Made by a program: the position numbers and the translations under genes. A DNA stretch of 64,000 nucleotides from Perkinsus olseni (lineage: Eukaryota): positions 1 to 64,000 of the forward strand of contig JABANN010000028.1 in NCBI GenBank assembly GCA_013115125.1. The letters run 5' to 3'. This document shows positions 12,811-23,827 of this stretch, one piece after another. Each line of letters starts with the position of its first letter. Position 1 is the stretch's first letter. The notes beneath the pieces are model-generated. The model was not told the DNA's origin. It was given only the letters and a program-made list of their open reading frames with translations, and made no database searches.

Positions 12811-15800
12811 ATGGCGGTCGCTCGGGCAGATCTCTCAGGGAGTGATGAGGGCAGCTTGGGAGGAGAGCAGTGGACCGGCGTTGATTCGGAGGACGTCAAC
12901 GAGCTTACGCGCGAGTACAGGAGGAATACTCAGGTAATGCATGCCTCCGAGAAAGTTAAGCAATCAGTCTATGCATCCTTGCTTTGGGGCCAGCATCCAC
13001 AGTCGCAGAGCAGCAACGGTGTCTGTCGTACATCACACCGTGTCGTCTCAGGCTGCCACAGACCCCTACCTCGGGTTACTTTACCCAGATGAGGATCCTT
13101 CTGAGTATGAAAACCTTCCCCTAGCAGGCTGTGCTATGGACTATCTACCAACACTGTGCGCCAATTATACGGTGGAGAGAGTTAACGCGGAGGTAGTACT
13201 GTGATGGGGGATTGTGTGTGCTGTAGCGGGCCTCAGGCTTCGGACCTGGACGTCGATATCGCCCGGACTAATGACGAGATGGAGAGCCTGGCTGTCAACA
13301 ACTACAAGGCTTTCATATCTGCAGCGAAGGTGGAGCGATAGAGGGTAGCTCTACTGTTGCATTTGGTAGAGGGCAGGTACTGCGTCGAGTGGATAAGGAT
13401 ATGTATAAAGCTCGAGAAGATTTGAAGGGCGTAGGGGAGGGCCTTGGACCGTTGCAGGTGGGCAGAGGGCTTGTCGACGGCAAGTGGGATGCATTCGTTT
13501 AAACCGGCTGCTTGAGTGTGCGACTGATTACGCGGAGGTGCCTCCTGGAGGATCGTCGCCCTCTGTTCTGCTGCTGCGGAGCAGTCAGTCAGCTCCACTT
13601 GGTTCTTCTAACATGTCGTCGTGAAGGGCGAAGCAATAGAGGCCCTGCTGTCGATTGACTCTGCACTGGGTTGTGTCTCCGCGCTCAATTATCGTGGTAT
13701 TTTTGAGTAAATGGCCGATCTGTCAAGGAAGCAGCTTCCTCGCCAAGAGTATCCTGTATCATGTGCAGGAGTCCCTCGCTACACTACGGAGAAGTACGTC
13801 CAAGGACCTCCACACCAAGAAAGCGGCACTTCGGCAAGTCGTCAGTCACACTGGCATACACGACCTTCTTGAACTGCCAGCTCTTATCGATGCTACGGTA
13901 CGTTGCTGGCGGCGCTCTTCCATTTCGCCGTTCACGAGAGGGTGTTTTGTCCCTCCCTCGAGGAAGATGAGTTTGACTGTCGAGCGTACGGCGGCTGTGT
14001 AGCTCATCACCCTCTTCTCCCTCTCGGCACTCACCAACCATCTAGGAGTCGCGATCTTATCGTCTTAGATGGTTCGAACCTCGCAGAAGAATGGGTCCTG
14101 TCACAGGTCTCCTGCATCAGATACGGAATAAGCTTTACCTGGAGGCATTAGAGTTGTTGACCTTCGCGGATCGAACGCTGCGAGCCCTTACCCTAGCTGC
14201 TTCTACTAGTCGTCCGGCCGGGCCTGACAGTCTGCATGATCGACCCGTGCCGAGTGTCGTTGAGACGCTGAAGGAGCAGGTGGATGCACAAAGTGAGGGG
14301 GGACGTTCGTCTCGCCGTGTCACGCGTACGCATGCACAAGTCGCGCGTGTTGTTCACCGCGTATGGACTGGAATCTTCTAGCGTAAAACAGCCTGGATCG
14401 TTACCCGATTTTCCATTAGCTGCTTTCAACTGCGTCAAGTAGTCGCTATGGCATTTGTTCTCAGGGTCGCACCTGCTGTCCTCGTTGATCCTCCAGCTGG
14501 GCTCTCCTCAACTACACCTCCCTCAAGCTGTGCCTGTTGTCAACCACCTGCGCCGAGTAAGATGTGTTAGGATCTTCCTGTGTGACAGCCGTTCTAAGGT
14601 GCTCCCTACCGTACTCCATGGCGGCTCGCCACAGCAAGTTGAAATGATCATCAGAGTGGCCTTCCTGTCGCAGAGGTCTGCTCCTCATTGCGAACTCCTG
14701 CTTTCGGGTAGAGTCAGTTGCCTTCCAGGTGTCAGTATGCAGACCAGCAGAAGGAGACAATTACCTCACAGGCTGACTCTGCCACCGGCGGTGCTTTGCT
14801 GTAAGCCGTTATCTCCAGCTGCTTCACAGACGTTGTTGTCGGGCCGGGTCAGTAGTTGTATGCATCAGCCGGGCCGGGATCTCCAGTCTCGGGTCGTAGT
14901 CGTTTTGCCATGTTTCTCCTCCCGGAGGAGTTCTGTCTCTCATGCTTTTTTTTCTGTGTTCAGGAACTCCTTGCGGGCTGGCTCTGATCTTCTCCGGACC
15001 TACGTCTTCGATACCGCTATGCAGTACCGTTCCCTGTTCGACCCGCCGAAGAGCAAAGTGGGCCCTCTAGCGGTGTGGATGAGCGCGCAGGTGGAGGCCT
15101 TCACCCACAGCTCGAAGCTGTCAGCAACAGGCTTCAGGTGTCTTGGTTTGTCTCATTGGTGTCGAGCTTCGTCACCGTCCCTCTGGATCCCTCGGAGGAG
15201 TTGCCCTTCGATGCATCACAGCTGGCTGCATTGTATAGGTGAGTAGTTGTCGTGGCGATATTCAGTGGTTATAGCGAATCGTGCGATGACAGCGGGTGGA
15301 GGACATTCGGCCTCTAAGCGGAGACAGTTGTCTTTGTGTAGATACTGTTCTCATGCCTCCTCGACTCTTGGCCGGGTCGACTGTGCATTTATGCCTCTCA
15401 TCGAGCCTCTCTTGGACGCCTACCTGCAGCAGTACATCTGTGGAGTATGTTTGGATCAGATAGCCATGGAGGACTTCAACTCGGAAATGCAGAAGTGAAC
15501 AGCCGATCAGTCGGTCCTCTTCCCGCTACCACGGCGTTTCATAAATCACCATCGCTCTGTCTCGGAAGAGCGTTGCCCACAGACTTCATGGCGCGCAACG
15601 GAGCCTTCATCATCCCGGCTCATGCGGTTAGTTCAAGAGAGTCGGGCGGTAGCAGTGCTGTCAGGTATCATTGGCTGCCTTCCACTGCCCTTATTCAAGG
15701 CCCGCAGGACTACGAGCTCGCTAGTGTAGATGATAGAGCATCCCTGACCATCTACCTTACGCGGCATCGTCCGCTGGCAGTATTCTTCAACGATGTCACA

Positions 15801-16511
15801 GCCGCGATGAACGAACTACGACAGTGTCCTGCCCTCAGCGTCGCGGATCCCGTTGCCAAGTACGCTGATGCCATCTCTTCTCTCGCAGACACAACCTGCC
15901 CGAAATAAACACTCACAGGCATGCAGACGAGGGGTGCGCTTCAAGTGTGTTACATAGTTCACGAGCTGTCCCCTTTTGTGCAACAACCGCTTTGCAGCGT
16001 ATCATTATGCGCTAGTCGTGAGACATCTTTATTGGGGCAGTTTGGATAGTGTGCTCGTTGTTGATTGCCAGGTCCCTCAGCCATTGCTTAGGAGAAGTTG
16101 CCCGGTCGCTGCACGACCTAGCGGGTACCATTGCCTCCGCAGACAAGCAGGGTGAGGAGCTGCTCGTCTTATGATCCCGATTCGCTGTCATGAATGGTTG
16201 TTCAAATTTCAGAATTGCAAAGAATGACTCGGCACTTCGTCGACATTGTCGTCCCGGTTGTAGCCAGCATGTTCGCAAAGATCTACGGTGATGCTGCAGA
16301 AGGCCTTCTCTCGCTCATAACGAAGGTAACGCGGCGGGGTGCTTCGTTGTCACACGTCACTCGGTGTGATTAGGTTCCCTCGGATGCTCGCCTTGTTGAC
16401 TCCTCGGAACCAGTCGAAGCTGGCCGTAGTGAAGAGTCTCAAGACGGAGTGGTAGATGCCGTACACGAAACTCCACGTTTACCGGAGGGGGCTTCTACGG
16501 TACCCACATAA
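12811..16511 (+). CDS. COG8: Conserved oligomeric Golgi complex subunit 8 (Dor1 family), multi-exon
   Basis: ESLAVNNYKAFI; HTGIHDLLELPALIDAT; IRNKLYLEALEL; LPQAVPVVNHLRR; RTYVFDTAMQYRSLF; PLAVFFNDVTAAMNELRQCP match COG8/Dor1 motifs in the expected order. Confidence 0.85.
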
Positions 16512-16802
16512 GGTTGCGAGTGGCATTGCAGGAGTAGCCGTGCGGTGATCTCTGCCAGCTGGTAGATGTACAGCTGGGAAGCCTCATGCGTGTTTGATGG
16601 TGATAGCATCATCTTGAAACTGTGCAATGCTGGTGACACTGAGTGTTGAGGATGGTGACGCTTTTTAATAATAGTGTGTGACATTTTTGTGACAGTTGTT
16701 TCCTTCTACTAGAGGTGATGGTCGTTGCTGAGTACGGGAGGTTGTTGAGGTCTGGGTGACTTCACTTCAGATTTTTCTCTATTAACTATTAACTCTGTCT
16801 CA

Positions 16803-18206
16803 ATGTCTCACGATCACGAAGTTCAACACACAATTCTAGTCGGTGCCGTTACCGTTGCGGTAAGCCCGCGATACAGCATGGTCTAGTATAGTCACGTATG
16901 AGTGGTATCTGTCAGGTGGTCGGCGCTTCTGCATTCGCAGCAAGGAAGTGGTGGATCAATTCGCACATCGCTCTGAAGAAAGGACGATCGTTCACAGCAA
17001 AGCTCATTGACAAGAGTAAGTTACATATCGCAGCCTTGCGGATGCGGTATGTTGAGCTCACTTGTTATATCTCAGCCGACGTCAGCCATGATGTTCGTCG
17101 TTTCACCTTCGCCTTACCTCACCAAAACGACATTCTAGGGTTGCCAATTGGTCACCACGTGAAGCTCACAGCGAGCATGCCCAACCCAAGGACTGGTACG
17201 TTGGGGGGCTCCGTTTTGAATACCGAAAGCAATTGCCTTCGTCTGGTGTAGGATTGGCTCCTGTTGAATCGGTGTCGCGTCCCTACACTCCCACGACGCT
17301 GGATGACCGCAAAGGATCGTTCCAATTAGTAAGTTACCCTGAGCACTATCACTCGATGATGGGATGATTTGCCTCTCCCTCAGGTTGTCAAGATTTACCC
17401 AAGTGGCCAGGATGAGAGCCATCCCGATGGTGGTTGGATGTCCCAGTATCTCGATAAGTTGGAGCCCGGTCAGGATTCTATCCAAGTCACTGGTAAGCTA
17501 GAAAGTCCCTTCTTGTTCTTCCGCCGGCTCACGGGCTGTCCTGTTCAGGTCCGGTGGGCCGTCTCACGTACAAGGGCAACGGCATCTTCGACATAGTCCG
17601 CAGTGAATGCCAGAGCTGCAACGGTATCAAGAATCTCGGCATGGTTGCTGGAGGTAAGCCGCGGACCACAGCTTTCTATGGGCTTACCGCGTTGTTAGCC
17701 TCACTATCGCTTGTCCTCTCCTGTAAGGTACCGGCATCACGCCCCACTACCAGATAATTCAGCACATCCTTCAAACGAAGGACCCTATGAAGATGTCGTT
17801 GCTCTGTGCGAACAAGACGCCTGATGACGTGTTGCTCGGCCCAGAGCTCGCCATGCTCGCTGATACACATCCTGGCCAGCTCAAGGTACGTTTATCGCGC
17901 GACTATACCCTTCACGATTCGGTGATGTTTAGGTTCATCACACTGTGGATAACGCGTCGATGAACCCGAGTTGGAGCGGATACATCGGCCGGGTTACTAA
18001 GGAGATGCTGAGGGATACCATGCCCAAGCCCGGTAGGTCTACTGCTGCCCTTCTGCCTGCGAACTCGAGGAGTGACTGTCGACTCGTGGTCTAATGGTGA
18101 ATTGTCAGGCCCGGATACGCTGATCCTACTGTGTGGTCCGAAGCCTATGAACGAGGCAGCCAAGGGACTCCTCAAGGAGCTTGGTTATGATAAGATTTAC
18201 TATTAA
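16803..18206 (+). CDS. NADH-cytochrome b5 reductase, multi-exon
   Basis: N-terminal hydrophobic anchor; VSHDVRRFTFALP...LGLPIGHHV; RPYTP; VVKIYP...GGWMSQYLDKL; GMVAGGTGITP; LLCGPKPM. Confidence 0.95.
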
Positions 18207-19065
18207 GATATACAGAGGGTGTCGTCGTCGGCGAATTATTGCCCGATTCTGTGCCTGCGGAGCTCCCGCACTAGGCCCGTAAAATTTTTCATATATAGTC
18301 TGAGGTATCACTGAGTTCTCATCGATCTGTTCGCGGCTTTGTAAGTCTGTGACTACTTGTTGCTGCAGAAGAACGCCATTCTCAAAATGGTCAGATTTAT
18401 TACAGAATATCGACGGTTATCTTGAGTTAGTTAATTTTGGGCGAGGTTCGTGGTTGAACCGCGAGGGAAGCGTGTGTACCCAGGTTGGGGATAGGTCGAT
18501 CGGGGATATGCATGTCGACTCCTTTATGCGTAGGGGTTCTCGTTCCGTTCATCACGGCAACTATTGAATGGGAGTTCATCAGGAGTGTCGATTACTTCCC
18601 AGGAACGCTCAAGTACAGTTTGGTTCGGCGATGACCGCTGCTTGCGGAACTTCGTTTGCGTGACTTATAGTGTGACATGTTCGTTAAACCTCTCTCGGTG
18701 TGCGCATAAGTTTCAGTCTTTCTGATGGTGAACTTTCCTTGCGAGCGTGAGGACAGGTGAGTATACCCCGTGAGGCTGCGAGTATTCAATAAGTTAGCCT
18801 TGGAAGGAACTCTAGGAGAGAATGTTACCAGTTCATAGATTGCGTGTAGTTCTCCTAGCGTGTGAAGAGCCTCACCGGCGGAGGGGACAACACGGCCACA
18901 GGCTGTGGCCCACACAGCGCTGCGTAGCTATGCTGGCTAGACACTTTTCGTGAACGTGCTCTCTGTATCAATCCAGATCGAGTTCCGTTGATCGTTCGAT
19001 AAAGTAGATTCTTCTGAAGTAAGTTTTGACTGTTCTCAGTTTCTGCATTTTTGAACTTCGTAATA

Positions 19066-20880
19066 ATGGCCGGTTTGGCGCTGTCATTGTTGGCAAGCAC
19101 TGTCATCGGTTCCGCCGTTGGTGTTGACATGAATGAAGTGATCTCTACTGGTGGTGGATTCGGAAGTCTCGACAGCAGTAAATCCGTACAGGAGGCTGTC
19201 GTCACTCTCGAGGATGGTGTATTCGACGTGAAGGAGATGTCTCGTGACACTCCATTCGCCGTTGCCTCCGGTCTTTATACGGACACCCTCTTCGAGCTCG
19301 GCTGGGATCAGCTCCAGTTGGATGCTGGTTCTGATTATTACTCCGATAAGGACAGGATGTACGCCATGGGCATGTTGGAGTCTTACTTCATCCACGACCG
19401 TATCTACAAATTCTGGGAGAACTTCGACCATAACGATCTTGAGGGCAGCCCAGCTGGTGTGAAGCAGTGGTTCAAGGACCAGTGGGAGTATGTGAAGATT
19501 ATGACTCAGACCAGCAACGAGACCTTCTGGCAGAACATGGCTCTCATCGAGGCGCAGACTGAAGGATACATTGATGGTTATCAGAAGTTCCACTCTGAAG
19601 GTGAAGACATCGACCCTCTCGATATGTACATCCTTCAATCATGGGGTGATCTTGGTGATGTTCAAGAAGGCTTCCGTGCTGCCGCCAAACAGCCCGCCGA
19701 GGACCTCGCCACAACTCCCGATGCCGGCGCTGACTTCGAGGCTGGCCCCGGTACTTTGAGTCATGGTAGCTGTACCTCGATGATTCGCCTTATGGATGAT
19801 GGTGAGATTGCTGTTGCTCACAATACTTGGCGTAGTTATGAAGGTTTCATTCGTGTCTTCAAAAGGAACACTTACCCTAATGAACTCACTGTGACTATGA
19901 GCAGCACTCCTGGTCTTATCCACAGTAAGGATGACTTCTACGTGCAGGAGAACGGCAATCTTATCGCTGTCGAGACAACCAACAGTATGTATGACCAGAA
20001 GATCGCTGCTACTTTGGCTACCAATCCTGATGCCCGTCACGTTTGCCTCTCGTGGCAGCGTGTTATGTCCTCCATCGTCTTCTCCAATACTGCTCCTGAG
20101 TTCGTGGACAGTTTCGTGGAGCAGGCCAATTCTGGAACCTACAACAACCAGTGGATGGTTGTTGATGTTAACCGTCATCATGAGGGTGCTACTGATCAAG
20201 TTGCTATGATTGTTGAACAGTCCATCGGCTACTCCCATAAGGGTGATATCTCCAGCGTTCTCCTCGACAGAGGTTACTGGAAGTCTTATAACATCCCCTA
20301 CTTCCCCGATGTCTACGAGCAGATGGGCTACAATGATTCTGATAAGCAGAGTAGTTATCATCAGTGTGCTCGTAGTGAGATCAGTGATCGTGATGCTCCT
20401 CATCTGGCCAACTTGGAAGATGTTATGTCCTTCTCGCGGTACAATGAGTATCTCACCGATCCTATTTCTGAGGGATGCGCGAGACTTTCCATCGCCTCTC
20501 GTTATGATCTGAGTACTCAGGCTAAGTGCGGTGCTGGTGCTGGACCTCAGGCTTTCGGAGCAATCGATGCCAAGGTTGTGACCTCCAAGGATCTCACCAC
20601 CGTTCATGCTGTTTCTGGCCCTACCAGCGATCCTGAGAACGGCATCCCTGTCTTCCAGTGGTCGACCTCTCCTGTTGATAATATGATCGAACATGTTGGT
20701 ATGCCCGATCGCTACGACTTCCCTTGGGTGAGGTTCAATGGTGAGAGTTGGTCTCTGAAGTCCCTCGATGATTCTTCCTGTGATCATGCCGATCATGTCC
20801 GTATCAATCCTCCTACTACCACTACAACTACTACCACAACAACAACTACTCCTACCAGCGCTCTTCGTGGTGGCAACTAA
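19066..20880 (+). CDS. Secreted/lysosomal phospholipase B-like Ntn-hydrolase (PLBD family), intronless
   Basis: Signal peptide MAGLALSLLASTVIGSAVG; catalytic GSCTSMIRL; AHNTW; SSTPGLIHSKDDFY; ETTN; NSGTYNNQWMVVD; WKSYNIPYF; GAIDAK; poly-Thr tail. Confidence 0.93.
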   Translation: MAGLALSLLASTVIGSAVGVDMNEVISTGGGFGSLDSSKSVQEAVVTLEDGVFDVKEMSRDTPFAVASGLYTDTLFELGWDQLQLDAGSDYYSDKDRMYAMGMLESYFIHDRIYKFWENFDHNDLEGSPAGVKQWFKDQWEYVKIMTQTSNETFWQNMALIEAQTEGYIDGYQKFHSEGEDIDPLDMYILQSWGDLGDVQEGFRAAAKQPAEDLATTPDAGADFEAGPGTLSHGSCTSMIRLMDDGEIAVAHNTWRSYEGFIRVFKRNTYPNELTVTMSSTPGLIHSKDDFYVQENGNLIAVETTNSMYDQKIAATLATNPDARHVCLSWQRVMSSIVFSNTAPEFVDSFVEQANSGTYNNQWMVVDVNRHHEGATDQVAMIVEQSIGYSHKGDISSVLLDRGYWKSYNIPYFPDVYEQMGYNDSDKQSSYHQCARSEISDRDAPHLANLEDVMSFSRYNEYLTDPISEGCARLSIASRYDLSTQAKCGAGAGPQAFGAIDAKVVTSKDLTTVHAVSGPTSDPENGIPVFQWSTSPVDNMIEHVGMPDRYDFPWVRFNGESWSLKSLDDSSCDHADHVRINPPTTTTTTTTTTTTPTSALRGGN

Positions 20881-21119
20881 TTGACTTCTATATTATCGCA
20901 TAGCGTGCAGCTCTAATGAGCTTTTATTCCGTCACGAGCGAGTTGTGCCGTAGACGACGCATCAGTTCTATTTTTTAACTCTCTGTTTGTTAAGTGGTCC
21001 CCTCTTGGGGACGTTTAACCTTTCCCTCGTTGACCCAATGCGTTTAAGTTTTTGCGTTCAAAGTCTAGGCATCTCGGGGACCGGTCATACCATCAAACTA
21101 CGTAAGTCGTACCATCAAA

Positions 21120-23498
21120 CTAGCTGCGGTTCTTGTCCAGCAATTGTGGATAGTGCGTCTTGCCGGATCGAGATCGTGTCCTTGACAGCATCCACAATAC
21201 GTGACCCTGTTCTAACTCTTCGGTTTGTCTGTATTCGCCTGACGGTGATGTCTCCTGATGTTGCGGGCAATTTCGCTCCCGCGGGCACTGCAGTTCAAAT
21301 GCGTGCCATTCTTTCGAGGAACGAAGCCCTATCACTCATCAAGCACTTTTCCCGTTCTCGGACTTTAAAGACCGCGAACTTCGAAGCTCTATCCCCGCCA
21401 CGGCCACTCAAATCCCGTCAAAGCGATTCGAATAGTTGCACATAGCGGATCACACGAGCCAACAGATTCTGCCAAGAAGAGAGAGCAGCCTCGAATGAAA
21501 GTTGGGGCGAATCCGGGTCCATCCTGACTAAGCCGGTACTGGCATCACCTTCGAAGTCGCACACAGGGTGGATTCCGTCTACTAGCATCCATAACAAGTT
21601 CGCCGACACCCTGGCCTTACGCGTGATTCGCAACTAACGCAACCCCACGCATGTAGGAAATGGTCTCACATGTCATTCTAATTTAATACTCGTCCTCGGC
21701 TCCTGAAAGGTGAGCCGTTCTCCAATAACTCACAAGTGTTTCCACCTGTTCTCCTTCCGTTTTTTGGGTGGGCCTCCCGCGCCACCGAGTCTTCATGCTG
21801 ATGCGCGGGTCGCGGCGGCGCTCGAACGTCATCCAGAGAGCAAGGCACGCCACAAAGAGAATGAACCCGGCAGCTGCGTATCTTCACACGAGGACGTATG
21901 CATGGGAGTCCCACGGTGGGACGAGGAAACAGTGTTGAAAGGAAGTCTCGGACGGTCAATGCTCAGGTGCTTGCTAGTGTGAGAAACAGCTCGATTTGAA
22001 GGACTGGAAGACTCCCAATTCCAAACCAACCGACATCATGGCCGCAATTGTACGTCCACGTCGAGCAGCATCGTCGTGAGTGTGTTTCTCGGGAGCCCCA
22101 CCAGTGTGCTGTTTCAACCTGCCGTATGACGCATGCTGTGCCCGTTTTCCCGCATAAACCCACTCGTCCACTCCGGATTTTATCAGTTGATGGTCGTCTT
22201 TGAACGCTGCAAGCTTGGTGGAATCATCACCCTCACACGCCGTCGACACGGCAAGTATCTAAGATCCGTAGAGAGTTCATAATCAGAAGAGTTCCAAGAC
22301 CTCACCGAATGTTTCTTGTTATGGTCGACGGATACCGTGGCGACCCTTGCTGCAGAGGAGGTGACACGACCGAGAAGTGTCTCGACGATCGCCTTAGCTT
22401 CTGGCCCGATCTCGCATGTACTCTCACCATTCGCTCCAGTCGACGTTTCTGCAACCAACGGACTCAAAGACTTCGAGAATGACCCCGAGTGAATCATGCA
22501 GGATCGATCCACACGTCTTATTTTCAAAACAGCCGCTGAGCTCTGAGAGCTGGTGCGGACTGACACCTAGTCCGCACTGAATAACCAACCTGAGTACTAC
22601 GTTGGAATAGTACTCCCATGCAATAGGAGTGGTTTTCATCTTACCAAAGCCCAAGAATGACAAATTCGTGCCCAATGTGCCCCCATACCAGGACCAATGG
22701 ACGAGACGAATAAAGAATCTCTTACCACCGCCGATCCCACAAGAGCCTCGTAGGGACTCGCAAAAGCCAGCAGGGAGGACGACTTCGAGTTCACCAGTAG
22801 GTGACTAAAAACGCAGCTTTACAAAACCACGTAATTCTCTTGCCAGGCCAGCACCTTCTCCAAGACGTCAGGGCTGCAAACAACGCCACAGAGGAGGGCG
22901 TGGATATTCTCCCGGCAACCCGGACACTGACCGAGCTTGGACGTCGGGGCATCATGCACGAATGCAAGAGCGTGGCTCAAGCTGAGGATGAAGGCGTCGG
23001 CCGAGCGCAAGTCAGCAGCCGTCCTACACTTCATCCACGGCGAGCAGCTGCCCCTCAGTACAGCAAACTCCTCGCGTCCAGTATGCGCAGGAACCCTCGG
23101 AGGGGACCGCTCGATCGCCTGGGGACTCGCCAGTAATGGGACACTGCCGCGGCGAGTGCAGGGAGCGACTGTCAGAACAACCATCGGATTGGAAACGAGT
23201 GGGGCATCATCACACTCGGGCACTTTCATCAGCGTTACGCTCTCTTGGAGGCTCAAAGACTCTACGGGACCGGAGGCCTCCTGACAGACGAGGGACGCAA
23301 GCTTAGACGACTAGCCGAGCGCACTGTAGTGGCTACCAGCTGTACTAGACTTATGCCGTCATCGGTTACTTCAGCCCAGCCTTCAGCCACCCATGCCCTA
23401 TGATGGTGGTGCGAAGAAGACAGGCCTGAACTGTCTAGTCCGTCCATCGCCAACACGCTGGCGATGAGCGAAAGAAGCCACTCGAGGGTCATCTTCAT
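21120..23498 (-). CDS. Secreted Cys-rich protein with an NPC1 N-terminal/folate-receptor-like domain, multi-exon (3' end uncertain)
   Basis: Signal peptide MKMTLEWLLSLIASVLA. Spliced reading gives CAYWTRGVCCTEGQLLAVDEVLSHALAF...LGQCPGCRENIHALLCGVVCSPD...FCESLRGSC. Confidence 0.6.
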
Positions 23499-23827
23499 GG
23501 TGAGTAGAAATGCTAGACTACTCTGTCAATCACTACTCGCACTTCTAGGGAAAATGAAACACAAGCGTCGACAAGACATCACACATTGGCGTATCCCTTT
23601 GGTTCGATCCATTTCGCTGAACCATCGAGCCTTGGCGCGAATCTCGAGGTCCTATGGTCTCTTCTCACCGGGCCCACCCTGTGGTTTACACCAACTAAGG
23701 CCCCTAGGTTGGCTACGGCGTAGTTCTGCGGATTCACCATGACACTCACAACTCAACAATTCCATAGTTGAAACGAGGAGCAGAACACTGAAGTCACATC
23801 AGTTGCAAGCGATGGGTCAGAGGGTCC

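Noticed and set aside
19084-20796. Long antisense ORFs (184 and 385 aa) opposite phospholipase B
   Set aside because: Shadow ORFs caused by the sense gene's codon bias; no recognisable motifs.
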